In this document: positions 53,454 through 62,664 of the stretch, piece by piece | Position numbering within the stretch: the first letter of the stretch is position 1 | Layout of the letters: each line of letters starts with the position of its first letter | NCBI GenBank assembly: GCA_964469335.1 | Contig: CAYXYK010000004.1 | Location: 23,230 to 87,229, forward strand | DNA: 64,000 nt | Origin: an uncultured Candidatus Saccharibacteria bacterium | Lineage (GTDB): Bacteria; Patescibacteriota; Minisyncoccia; Phycocordibacterales; UBA6899 | Direction of reading: 5' to 3' | Notes under the pieces: model-generated | What the model was told of the DNA's origin: nothing | The model's database searches: none | The model's input: the letters and a program-made list of their open reading frames with translations, nothing else | Program-made: the position numbers and the translations under genes

Positions 53454-54941
53454 ATGAGCACCACAGAGCAAAACACGACGACATTCCCACCGACCGCACT
53501 CGTCATCTTCGGGGCGACTGGAAATCTGTCCGGTAAGAAGATATTCCCGGCACTGTATCGCCTGCTTGAACTCGGTCGCTTACCCGAGAATTTCGTCATT
53601 ATCGGCGTGGTGCGCAATTCACTACAGAAGACCATTTTTCAAGATCTTGAGATCACACTTCTGCGCCAACGCGGTTCGTGCGACCAGGAACTGCTTTCGA
53701 AGCTCCGAGGAATGACCCAGCTGATCCAGATGGACAGCACCGTAGAGGACGACTATCGCGCACTCAAGGCGATGCTTAACGATATAGACACGAAGAGCGG
53801 AGTGAAACATAATCGCTTGTTCTACCTTGCTATCCCTCCCTCGATCTTCCGCACCGTACTGGTCTGCCTCGCGGCGGTCGGGCTCAATATGGAAGATGAC
53901 GGTGTCGCGCACCGTATCCTCGTCGAGAAGCCGTTCGGTACGGATCTCGCGAGTGCACGAGACTTGGTAGCGACGATGAATGCGTACTTCACTGAAGTGC
54001 AGACATTCCGTATCGATCACTATCTTGCGAAGGAGACCGCGCAGAACATCTTGACGTTCCGTTTCAATAATCCGCTCATCGACGGCATCTGGGGGAGACA
54101 TTCGATCGATCATATCCAGATCACCTCGGCGGAGACGAATGATGTCGCTGATCGCGCCGCATTCTATGAAGGCATGGGGGCACTGCGCGATATTGTACAG
54201 AGTCACTTGCTTCAGCTTGTCGCGCTCACGATGATGGAAGTGCCGTTCCCGATGACCGCGAAGAATATGCATGCCGAACGGCTTCTCCTTTTGCGATCGA
54301 TCGCACCCATCAAGCCCGCACACATCGACGAATTGGCGGTGCGCGGACAATATGAAGGATACAAGGAGCATGTCGGGAATCCCGATTCACGGGTCGAGAC
54401 GTTCGCCGCACTCAAGATCGAAGTTCTCAATAGTCGCTGGGGCGGTGTGCCGGTACTCCTCCGCACCGGAAAAGCGCTCGCTGCATCGTTCACCGAGATC
54501 AATGTCGTGTTCAAGGATCGCTCGCGACGCAATGTCCCTGACAATCTCCTGACACTGCGCATCCAACCGAATGAAGGGGTTACACTTTCCATGCTCGCGA
54601 AGAAGCCGGGCTTCAGTTCCGAGACCGAGCCAGTCGAGATGAGTTTCCGATACGAGACTTCGTTCGGTGAGGCGAAGCAAGCAGCAGCGTACGAGCGCGT
54701 CCTCGTCGATGCGATGCAGGGTGACCAAACACTGTTCGCGACCTCGAACGAGGTGCTCGCTGCTTGGGAGATTCTCCAGCCGATCATCGATGCATGGGCG
54801 AATGAAGATGCACTTCCACCCGCTACATATCCGAAGGGAAGTATGGGTCCGAAAGAGTCAGACGAACTGGCAAGAGAATACGGTACCGAGTGGCTCTCCG
54901 CAGTCGCGGCGTCCGAGAAGGTGGAATCAGAAGAGGAATAG
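53454..54941 (+). CDS. zwf: glucose-6-phosphate 1-dehydrogenase
   Basis: LVIFGATGNLSGKKIFPALYRL; active-site RIDHYLAKE; IVQSHLLQL. Confidence 0.95.
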   Translation: MSTTEQNTTTFPPTALVIFGATGNLSGKKIFPALYRLLELGRLPENFVIIGVVRNSLQKTIFQDLEITLLRQRGSCDQELLSKLRGMTQLIQMDSTVEDDYRALKAMLNDIDTKSGVKHNRLFYLAIPPSIFRTVLVCLAAVGLNMEDDGVAHRILVEKPFGTDLASARDLVATMNAYFTEVQTFRIDHYLAKETAQNILTFRFNNPLIDGIWGRHSIDHIQITSAETNDVADRAAFYEGMGALRDIVQSHLLQLVALTMMEVPFPMTAKNMHAERLLLLRSIAPIKPAHIDELAVRGQYEGYKEHVGNPDSRVETFAALKIEVLNSRWGGVPVLLRTGKALAASFTEINVVFKDRSRRNVPDNLLTLRIQPNEGVTLSMLAKKPGFSSETEPVEMSFRYETSFGEAKQAAAYERVLVDAMQGDQTLFATSNEVLAAWEILQPIIDAWANEDALPPATYPKGSMGPKESDELAREYGTEWLSAVAASEKVESEEE

Positions 54942-54952
54942 GAAATACATAC

Positions 54953-54986
54953 GGCCCGATAATACTGTCGGGCAATTCCTTTTATT
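54953..54986 (+). terminator. rho-independent terminator after zwf
   Basis: GCCCGA-taatactg-TCGGGC followed by aattccttttatt. Confidence 0.5.
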
Positions 54987-55102
54987 AGGAAGGATGTAGT
55001 GATACCCGTGATATAGCCCACTGAGTATTTTTTGACGGAAACCTGTGTCTGTATTAATATCCAAAACGGATTTCCTTTTTTGTCAAAGCCTCGGAGGCAC
55101 AT

Positions 55103-56407
55103 ATGAACGCATTACGTCAGGAACGTCGCAGTACCGGTTTTCGGAAGCCGCTGCTTGCTATCGTCCTCGCAGGGGGACGAGGCTCGCGCCTCGGCCCACT
55201 CACCGAATTCCGCTGTAAGCCGGAACTCCCGTTCGGCAAGAACCGGCTGGTCGACTTTGCGCTTGCCAACGTGGTCAACTCGCAGGTCGTCAATCACACC
55301 ATGCTGCTCACGCAGTACATGCAGCAGGGGCTCATCGCACACCTCAACTCGTTCGACTTCAACTCGCACGCGTGGGGGAGGTCGGTCACGTTCGTCCCCG
55401 CGCAACAGCAACCCAACGACGACTCGTGGTACGGTGGCACCGCCAATGCGGTGTACCAGAACCGCGACCTGGTGCGGAGAAGCATCTCCGACACGGTGGT
55501 GATCCTTGCTGCAGACCACATCTGCAAGCTCGACATCCGTCAGGTGTATGCGGCGCATGCCGATGCAGGTGCATCGTTCACCGTCTGCGGCATGGTCATG
55601 CCATCCTCGGACGCTGCAGGAGTGTTCGGAGTGATGGAGCTCGACGACTCGGCACGCATCATCGGTTTCGAAGAGAAGCCGGCGGAGCCGAAGTCGGTGC
55701 CGGGCCGCCCCGGCGAGTGCTTCGCCTCGATGGGCATCTACATGGTCGGGAAGCAATTCCTCCTCGATGCACTCGAGGAAGATCATGCAGACCCTGCATC
55801 GGGTCACGATTTCGGTAAGGATGTCATCCCACGGATCGTCGCTCAAGGAGCGAAGGTCTATGCGTACGACTACAACGAGAATGTGATCCCTGGAGAAGTC
55901 GAGATCAAGGATGGTGTCGAGGTGCCGATGCACTACTGGTGCGACGCAGGGCTGATCGATCCGTATTGGGAGGCCAATATGGATCTGGTCGGCAAGCTGC
56001 CGAAGCTGAACCTGTACAACAGGGCATGGCCGGTCTTGACCGCCTGGGACGGACTCTCTCCTGCGAAGTTCGCCGGTGCCCCGGGCGAGTTCTGGGACAT
56101 CGTCCTCTCAGGCGGGTGCATCGTCGTCAGCCCTCGCCGGCTGGTGAAGTCGGTGCTGTCTCGGGCGGTCCGGGTCGAGCATGGTGCGAGCGTCGAAGGC
56201 TCGGTCATCTTCGACCGGGCAGTCATCGGTCCCGGTGTGGAGCTTCTCAACACCATCGTCGAAGAGGATGTCGTGGTGCCAAGCGGTGTCCGTGTCGGCT
56301 TTGATCTCGCCGAAGACGAGGCGAACGGTGTGTGGATCGACAAGTACCACGACCCGTCGTCTTGGCATGGGCCGATCCGTATCGTGACAAGAACTTCGTT
56401 CAAGTGA
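55103..56407 (+). CDS. glucose-1-phosphate adenylyltransferase-like (GlgC family) sugar nucleotidyltransferase
   Basis: LAIVLAGGRGSRLGPLTEFRCKPELPFGKNRLVDFALANVVNS is the GlgC-type N-terminus. C-terminal LbH region. Gene is GC-rich. Confidence 0.8.
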   Translation: MNALRQERRSTGFRKPLLAIVLAGGRGSRLGPLTEFRCKPELPFGKNRLVDFALANVVNSQVVNHTMLLTQYMQQGLIAHLNSFDFNSHAWGRSVTFVPAQQQPNDDSWYGGTANAVYQNRDLVRRSISDTVVILAADHICKLDIRQVYAAHADAGASFTVCGMVMPSSDAAGVFGVMELDDSARIIGFEEKPAEPKSVPGRPGECFASMGIYMVGKQFLLDALEEDHADPASGHDFGKDVIPRIVAQGAKVYAYDYNENVIPGEVEIKDGVEVPMHYWCDAGLIDPYWEANMDLVGKLPKLNLYNRAWPVLTAWDGLSPAKFAGAPGEFWDIVLSGGCIVVSPRRLVKSVLSRAVRVEHGASVEGSVIFDRAVIGPGVELLNTIVEEDVVVPSGVRVGFDLAEDEANGVWIDKYHDPSSWHGPIRIVTRTSFK

Positions 56408-56416
56408 TCCCGACTT

Positions 56417-56450
56417 GGGCCGCACAACACTGTGCGGCCCATTCTTTTCC
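56417..56450 (+). terminator. rho-independent terminator
   Basis: GGGCCGCACA-acac-TGTGCGGCCC followed by attcttttcc. Confidence 0.8.
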
Positions 56451-56490
56451 ATGTTTCTTCGTCTGATTTTGTTTGCTATAGTAGCGGAAT

Positions 56491-56901
56491 ATGGAACACG
56501 ATGCGCACGCACTCGTACTGACACACCGCTTTGGCACGGACGGCATCATCTATCTCACCGCCAGTGGAAAGATCTCAAATGATCAGCTTCTGAGATTCTC
56601 AACCTGGGCTGATGAGGTGAAGCATCTCATCCGAGATCGTGACGCACAGGGCGACAACCCGATACTTGTGCTCACTGACATTTCCGGAGTGTTACATTTC
56701 GAACGCAAACCGATCGCTGTCCTCCGTGAGTTACTTTCCTATGACAGCCAGTTCCCGATCCGCTCCGCGATCGTCGGTGGAAATCGTTTTGCAGTGCTGA
56801 TGCTCGACTCGATCATTTCGCTCCTCCGCCGAACCGGAGTGAGACATTTCAAGAACAAAGAATCAGCGCTGAACTGGCTACAGAGCGCAAGAGCAGTATG
56901 A
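56491..56901 (+). CDS. STAS-domain (anti-sigma antagonist-like) protein, paralog of 43416..43874
   Basis: ..LVLTDISGVLHFERKPIAVLRELL.....RSAIVGGNRFAVLML.....RRTGVRHFKNKESALNWL. Confidence 0.5.
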   Translation: MEHDAHALVLTHRFGTDGIIYLTASGKISNDQLLRFSTWADEVKHLIRDRDAQGDNPILVLTDISGVLHFERKPIAVLRELLSYDSQFPIRSAIVGGNRFAVLMLDSIISLLRRTGVRHFKNKESALNWLQSARAV

Positions 56902-57389
56902 CCTCGATCGGTATCGTCATGAAAAAAGTCTCACCGACGCATCACGCATTCACGATGGTGTTCGAGGGGGGAGGAAAGGAGACTATAGAACTCGAGACCA
57001 AGACCTATCTCTATCATGATCTTCTGCATTTCGCAGTTGAAAGTGAGGCGGGATTGCGTGATTCGTTCTATGGGAGACTCCTGAAGGGGTATCGCTACGA
57101 CGAGCTGTCACTTCCGGAGATGCCGACACTCGCCTCAGGCGGTGACCATGAAGGGCTTATGACCGAGCGCATCGTTGGGCTCATGACCGGCGTACTCCGG
57201 CATGACTCTAGACCCGAAGCAGCGATACTCGGACTCGATAACCTGCTATCCGCATCCGGGGACAGTGTGCCGGCATGGTTCACGGCAGACTTCGTCCTCG
57301 CGGTGAAAGAGCGGATGCGCAAACTGGAAGGACAGTGGAAGGGTACACCATTCGGTGAGTCGATGACGCTCGAGTTCGTGGTTCAGTAA
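56898..57389 (+). CDS. hypothetical protein (163 aa), overlapping the STAS gene stop by 4 nt
   Basis: Overlapping start and stop suggest translational coupling. No motif recognised. Confidence 0.5.
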   Translation: MTSIGIVMKKVSPTHHAFTMVFEGGGKETIELETKTYLYHDLLHFAVESEAGLRDSFYGRLLKGYRYDELSLPEMPTLASGGDHEGLMTERIVGLMTGVLRHDSRPEAAILGLDNLLSASGDSVPAWFTADFVLAVKERMRKLEGQWKGTPFGESMTLEFVVQ

Positions 57390-58867
57390 GAAAGGAACTC
57401 CAATGCACTCGCATTGAGCGCATCGCGGTCGTCATAGTACTGATTCGAACTGGTCTTGATGGTCTCGACGACGTTTTGGATGTATTTCACCGAGTTGAGG
57501 TCGGGGTTCTGGTCACCTCCACGTGCGATGTAGTCGATATAGCCGTCCGCGAGTTCCTTCGAGCTCTGTGTCAACTGAGTGATGTCGGCGACTGCATTCT
57601 GGAATTTATTCACGAACGGGAATGCGGGAATGCGATCCCTGATGTTACGCAATTTGCCGAGGAGCTGGTCGAGGTCGGCACTCGACTGTTTGAGGTCGGT
57701 GGTGCTGTTGCGAGTGACCGCATCGCTGGCTTCGATCATTTCCGCACCGATCGCGATGATGGTCGCATCGAAGTCGTCCATGAAATCCTCGTACTGGTCT
57801 ATCTGGCGCTTCTTCTCGACCGAAAGCGGACGCATCTTCCCGATGAGCGCGTCGATGACCGACTTCGCCGCATTGCCGGGGATCGCGAACTTGATGGTCT
57901 CACCGACGAGATTTCCTGATGCCGACTGGTTGCCGTAGATGGCGATATCGACACCGACAACCTTGCCGCTCTCATTTACGAGCGGACCGCCACTGTTGCC
58001 GGGGTGGATCGGATTCGATATTTCGAGATAGTTCTTGCCTTCGAAATCAAGACGCCGGGAGAGCGAACCCTCGTTGAAGCTCGGATCGCCGGAAAGTCCG
58101 AATGGGAATCCGAACGCGTAGAGCGCGTCACCTTGTTTGAGTGATGCTTCTCCTGAATCACCGAAGACAAGTGGAGAGATGGAGGTGGGCGGGATCGTGA
58201 TGATCGCAAGGTCATTTTCCTTGTTACGGCCACTTACATATCCGGTGGTGGTTCCTCCCGACGAGAGATGGAGATAGACACGGAACGAGTCTCGCACGAC
58301 GTGTTCATTGGTGACGACGACGCTCGGTGTGATGACAAAGCCGCTTCCTTTTCCCGCGCGAGATGAGACATACGCGATCGCAGGCTTCACGCTCGCGATG
58401 ATCGCACCTTTTTGCGGTGTGACATTGGTCGAACTCGGAGGTGGCACCGGGAGCGCAATCGGCGCAGGGGGCGGCACTGGGAGCGCGAGCTTGGTGACGG
58501 TCAGCTGTTTTTTCAGCAGGAGATTCTGCTCCTTGAGGGCACTGAGCTCGCCTGAGACGGTATCGGTCTTGGTGGCGATCTCCTTCTCCATGCTCGTCGT
58601 CGCGCGAGTCTCGATGTTCCCGAGTTTTTGCTCGAGCTGCGCGATCCTATCGTTGAGCTCTTTTTCTTTTGCGCGTGCAGCCGCCTGTTCCGTGTCTATT
58701 CGGTCACTCGAAAAGAATTTCTTATACCCATATGTTCCGCCGGTGGCGATCACACTCAGAGTGATTGCTCCGAGCAGGAGGAACTTGAGTGAGAGCGTTT
58801 TCACCTCTTCACTATATGAAGGACGGGGAAAAGTGGCAAGCCGCATGCTCGCTTCACGTGCTGGCAC
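57383..58867 (-). CDS. membrane-anchored trypsin-like (S1/HtrA-type) serine protease with coiled-coil and Pro-rich linker
   Basis: TNEHVV (His), DLAIITI (Asp), GNSGGPLV (Ser). N-terminal TM. LPVPPPAPIALPVPPPS linker. Confidence 0.8.
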   Translation of the reverse strand: MPAREASMRLATFPRPSYSEEVKTLSLKFLLLGAITLSVIATGGTYGYKKFFSSDRIDTEQAAARAKEKELNDRIAQLEQKLGNIETRATTSMEKEIATKTDTVSGELSALKEQNLLLKKQLTVTKLALPVPPPAPIALPVPPPSSTNVTPQKGAIIASVKPAIAYVSSRAGKGSGFVITPSVVVTNEHVVRDSFRVYLHLSSGGTTTGYVSGRNKENDLAIITIPPTSISPLVFGDSGEASLKQGDALYAFGFPFGLSGDPSFNEGSLSRRLDFEGKNYLEISNPIHPGNSGGPLVNESGKVVGVDIAIYGNQSASGNLVGETIKFAIPGNAAKSVIDALIGKMRPLSVEKKRQIDQYEDFMDDFDATIIAIGAEMIEASDAVTRNSTTDLKQSSADLDQLLGKLRNIRDRIPAFPFVNKFQNAVADITQLTQSSKELADGYIDYIARGGDQNPDLNSVKYIQNVVETIKTSSNQYYDDRDALNASALEFLSY

Positions 58868-58894
58868 AAAGAGAATTTTGCTATACTCCAGTAT

Positions 58895-59275
58895 ATGTCG
58901 CGAACATTCATTCTTGATGGAAATGATTTCGATACACTCGAAGGATTCTATGATGTGTTTGAGGTGGTCGCACTCCAGGGTGTTGCGTGGGGAAGGAACC
59001 TCGATGCGTTCGACGATGCGCTTTCGGGTGGTGTGGGGTTGTTCGCATCCGGGGACACTATCATCTGGAAGAACTCACAACGCTCACGCGAGTGTCTTGG
59101 CTACAAGGAAACGATCCGTCAACTCGAGCGACAGCTCGCAGAGTCAGATCCGAGTCAGCACGATTCGATCATGCTCGCGATCGAGCTTGCGAAAAACGAG
59201 AAAGGGGAGACGGTATTCAATTGGCTGCAGGAGATCATCACTGAGCATTCAGACATCCACGTTCGCTTCGAGTGA
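58895..59275 (+). CDS. barstar-like (RNase inhibitor family) protein
   Basis: LDGNDFDTLEGFYDVFEVVALQGVAWGRNLDAFDDALSG resembles the barstar fold N-terminus. Family call is tentative. Confidence 0.5.
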   Translation: MSRTFILDGNDFDTLEGFYDVFEVVALQGVAWGRNLDAFDDALSGGVGLFASGDTIIWKNSQRSRECLGYKETIRQLERQLAESDPSQHDSIMLAIELAKNEKGETVFNWLQEIITEHSDIHVRFE

Positions 59276-59325
59276 GGTGTACAGCCTACTTTCGAGCGGG
59301 GAGCAATTTTGCTAAAGTGGGATGA

Positions 59326-60177
59326 ATGACAAAAACGAAGCGTATCGGCGAGATATTCAAGACCCAGCGGGTGACCGAGGGTGCGGGGGTGAAGCTGCGC
59401 CGAGGTTTCGGGAATGTCGAAGTTCCTCGCTTCGACCCCTTTCTCTTGTTCGATGATTTCAGTGGTGCGGAGCCAGCGGACTATATGGCCGGATTTCCGT
59501 GGCACCCGCATCGCGGCATCGAGACCGTCACATATGTTCTCCGTGGCGACGTCCGTCATCGTGACTCGATGGGGAATGAAGGAGTGATCGGTAAGGGTGA
59601 CCTGCAGTGGATGAGCGCAGGCAGCGGGATCATTCACGAAGAGATGCCCGAGGGAGTCAGCGGGATGAAAGGTTTCCAGTTGTGGGTGAATCTTCCGAAA
59701 CATGCAAAGATGTCGAAGCCGAAGTATCAGGATATCAAAGTGAAGACCGTCCCCGAGGTGGGACTTCCTGGAGGCGGACGACTCAAGGTCATCGCGGGTG
59801 AGGCTGGCGGCGAGCATGGTCCGGTGAAGGATATCGTCGCGAGTCCGCTCTATGTCGACGTGTTACTCAAGGACAATGAGCGCTTCGCGTTTCCCGTTAC
59901 GGAAGGAAATACTACCTTCGTCTATTTGATCGAGGGAGAGCTCGGAACCGGAGTCGAGGGCAGTATCATCTATGACAAGGGAACCATCCTTCTCTACGCA
60001 CGCGATGGCGACCTGGTGGAACTCAAAGCGGGCTCTTCAGGCGCACGCTTCCTCTTGGTCTCAGGAAAACCATTGAATGAGCCGGTCGCCTGGTACGGTC
60101 CTATCGTGATGAATTCACATGATGAACTTCAGACTGCCTTCAAAGAACTTGAAATCGGTACCTTCATCAAAGATTGA
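59326..60177 (+). CDS. pirin family protein
   Basis: GFPWHPHRGIETVTYVLRGDVRHRDSMGN is the pirin cupin His motif. Confidence 0.9.
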   Translation: MTKTKRIGEIFKTQRVTEGAGVKLRRGFGNVEVPRFDPFLLFDDFSGAEPADYMAGFPWHPHRGIETVTYVLRGDVRHRDSMGNEGVIGKGDLQWMSAGSGIIHEEMPEGVSGMKGFQLWVNLPKHAKMSKPKYQDIKVKTVPEVGLPGGGRLKVIAGEAGGEHGPVKDIVASPLYVDVLLKDNERFAFPVTEGNTTFVYLIEGELGTGVEGSIIYDKGTILLYARDGDLVELKAGSSGARFLLVSGKPLNEPVAWYGPIVMNSHDELQTAFKELEIGTFIKD

Positions 60178-60290
60178 GTCGCGCGGCGCACTTCGTCGTT
60201 GTGGGGCCCGAAGTTCTCAGTCACCGTACGAAGAGTACGGCTCCATCGAACTTCTTCCCATGCCTCGAATTGCATCCACTCGTCTCAATC
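60172..60290 (+). repeat. novel intergenic repeat element, copy E6
   Basis: Terminal inverted repeat gattgagtcg / cgtctcaatc. Core GTTGTGGGGCCCGAAG..cACCGTACgaagaGTACGGc..cttcttcccatgcc. Directly 3' of the pirin gene. Confidence 0.7.
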
Positions 60291-60343
60291 TTTCAAGGAG
60301 GAAGCAGGTTGCTTGAATCCGTATTTCGACTTATAACTCATAC

Positions 60344-61252
60344 ATGAATTCTACCCACGAGATCATCATTTTCTATAAATACACACCGATTGCCGAACCA
60401 GAGAAGTTCATGGATTTTCACCGTGAGCTCTGTATTCTCCTTCGCCTTACTGGGCGGGTGCTGATCGCAAAAGAGGGAATCAATGGCACGCTCGAAGGAA
60501 CAACTGCGGCGATTGCTGCATATGAAAAACGCATGCGCGAAGAGGATGGTCGCGCAGGCACACACGGAAATTTCAGTGATTTATGGTTCAAGCATAGCCC
60601 TGGGACAGGTAACGCTTTCCCGAAGCTGAAGATAAAGGTGCGCAAAGAGATCGTCACGCTCGGACTCGGTGAAGAGGGGGACATCGACCCGAACGAGATC
60701 ACCGGAACGCATCTGAAGCCTGAAGAACTGAAACAGTGGATCGACAATGGAGAGGACGTCACCATCATCGACATGCGCAACGATTATGAGTATAAAGTCG
60801 GGCATTTCGCGGGTTCGATCAATCCGAAACTCGATAATTTCCGTGATCTTGCCGTGACATTGCCGAAGCTCGAGCATCTCAAAGACAAGAAAGTGCTAAC
60901 GGTGTGCACTTATGGTGTGCGCTGCGAGAAGGCTTCCGGCTTTCTCAAGTCAAAAGGATTCAATGATGTCTATCAGCTCGACGGCGGTATTGGCAGTTAT
61001 ATGAAAAAATACCCGGGACAGGATTTCAATGGTTCATTGTTCGTATTTGATAATCGTTTGCTCGAGCGGTTCACTGATGAGTATCAAGTGGTGGGGAAGT
61101 GCGAGCGCTGCGGTGAAACAAGTGAAGAACTATCAAACTGTGCAAATGCGGAGTGTCATCGCAAAATGATCGTCTGCCTCCCGTGCCAGAATCAGGACGG
61201 CCGAATCATCTGTACTGCGACCTGCGAAACGGTCGCGAGTGTTGCAAACTAG
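60344..61252 (+). CDS. trhO: rhodanese-domain tRNA uridine(34) hydroxylase-like protein (TrhO/UPF0176)
   Basis: IIFYKYTPIAEPEKFMDFHRELC..L.L.GRVLIAKEGINGTLEG is the UPF0176 N-terminus. Rhodanese Cys (CTYGVRC). C-terminal Cys cluster. Confidence 0.8.
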   Translation: MNSTHEIIIFYKYTPIAEPEKFMDFHRELCILLRLTGRVLIAKEGINGTLEGTTAAIAAYEKRMREEDGRAGTHGNFSDLWFKHSPGTGNAFPKLKIKVRKEIVTLGLGEEGDIDPNEITGTHLKPEELKQWIDNGEDVTIIDMRNDYEYKVGHFAGSINPKLDNFRDLAVTLPKLEHLKDKKVLTVCTYGVRCEKASGFLKSKGFNDVYQLDGGIGSYMKKYPGQDFNGSLFVFDNRLLERFTDEYQVVGKCERCGETSEELSNCANAECHRKMIVCLPCQNQDGRIICTATCETVASVAN

Positions 61253-61359
61253 CCTTGTGCTTGGATAATTCGCATTTCCTGCTTTACAGTGGTGCGAAAA
61301 GGTTGTGATTCAACGATATTGACTCTTCATTCTAAATATTTCGTACCGATGAATTTCGA

Positions 61360-62664
61360 GTGAGTCATCTCGACAATATTCCCGCCGATGGTAGACCTGT
61401 GACTATGGAAAGCACCACCTCGACGCGTGACGGGGTTTTGTCGCAGGGCTACCAGAGCGATGTCGTCCCTCTGGTTGAGCTCGTGCGCGAAAAACATTCG
61501 ATCGTCGAGATCGTTGATAAGCTCATTCACGAGGCGGAGCGCGAGCGCGCGTCCGATATCCATATCGATCCTGCCGAGCATCATGTGCGGGTACGCTTCC
61601 GCATCGACGGCGTACTCACCGACAGGTTCTCTTGTGCGAAGAACATGCACGGAGAGATCATCTCGCGTATCAAGGTACTTTCATCGCTCCGTACCGATGA
61701 ACATCAGTCTGCCCAAGACGGACGTTTTCGCGTACTCGGCGGAGCGGATACAAAAACCATCGATGTGCGCGTGTCGATCACTCCGACATATCATGGAGAG
61801 AACGCGGTACTCAGGCTTCTTGGTGATAAATCAGAGAAATTCACACTCGAAGCACTCGGTTTTAGTGAGAAAGACCGGGAGCATATCGAACGCGCGGCAA
61901 AACGTCCGTACGGGATGATCCTCTCGACGGGCCCCACCGGAAGCGGAAAGACTACGACGCTCTACACGCTCATCCGCATGCTTTCGACCCCGGATATCTC
62001 CATCGTTACTATCGAGGATCCGATCGAGTGTGCAGTTCCAGACATCTCGCAGATACAGATCAACCCACGTACTGGGCTCACTTTCGCAAACGGTCTCCGT
62101 TCGATCCTTCGACAGGACCCGAATGTCATTATGGTGGGAGAGATTCGCGATTCGGAGACCGCTGGGATCGCGGTCAATACGGCGCTGACGGGGCATCTAC
62201 TGCTCTCGACACTTCACACCAACGATGCCGCGACGACCTTACCTCGGCTCTTGGACATGGGCATCGATGCGTACCTTGTCGCGTCGACCGTGAATATCGC
62301 GATAGGGCAAAGGCTCATCCGGCGCATTTGCAAGGATTGTCGAGAAGAATACAAACTTTCTGACGGAGAATACATTAGCCTCCGCGCACTCATCGGTGAG
62401 CGAGTGCAGCGTGAGAGCACCTTCTATAAAGGCCGAGGGTGTGCGTCGTGCGGTGGGACGGGCTACAAAGGGCGACTCGTCATCTGTGAGGTGCTCGTCG
62501 TTGATCATGACATCCACGAAGCGATCCTCAAGAAGGAGCCTGCATCGCGGCTGAAAGAAATCGCGATCGCAAGCGGCATGACCACGATGCTCGAAGACGG
62601 ATTTATCAAGGCGGCAGAAGGAAAGACCACTGTCGCGGAAATTTTACGTACGATCAATGAATAA
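61360..62664 (+). CDS. pilB: type IV pilus assembly ATPase PilB / GspE family (short form lacking N-terminal domain)
   Basis: Walker A LSTGPTGSGKTTT; Walker B/Asp box VMVGEIRDSETA; His box LSTLHTND; tetracysteine CKDC..CASCGG. GTG start; alternative ATG at ~61405. Confidence 0.9.
   Translation: MSHLDNIPADGRPVTMESTTSTRDGVLSQGYQSDVVPLVELVREKHSIVEIVDKLIHEAERERASDIHIDPAEHHVRVRFRIDGVLTDRFSCAKNMHGEIISRIKVLSSLRTDEHQSAQDGRFRVLGGADTKTIDVRVSITPTYHGENAVLRLLGDKSEKFTLEALGFSEKDREHIERAAKRPYGMILSTGPTGSGKTTTLYTLIRMLSTPDISIVTIEDPIECAVPDISQIQINPRTGLTFANGLRSILRQDPNVIMVGEIRDSETAGIAVNTALTGHLLLSTLHTNDAATTLPRLLDMGIDAYLVASTVNIAIGQRLIRRICKDCREEYKLSDGEYISLRALIGERVQRESTFYKGRGCASCGGTGYKGRLVICEVLVVDHDIHEAILKKEPASRLKEIAIASGMTTMLEDGFIKAAEGKTTVAEILRTINE

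Noticed and set aside
51899-56407. pgl-gnd-zwf operon followed by GlgC-like gene as something unusual
   Set aside because: Standard oxidative pentose-phosphate genes with canonical motifs. Only the short-form Gnd and higher GC of the glgC-like gene are mildly notable.
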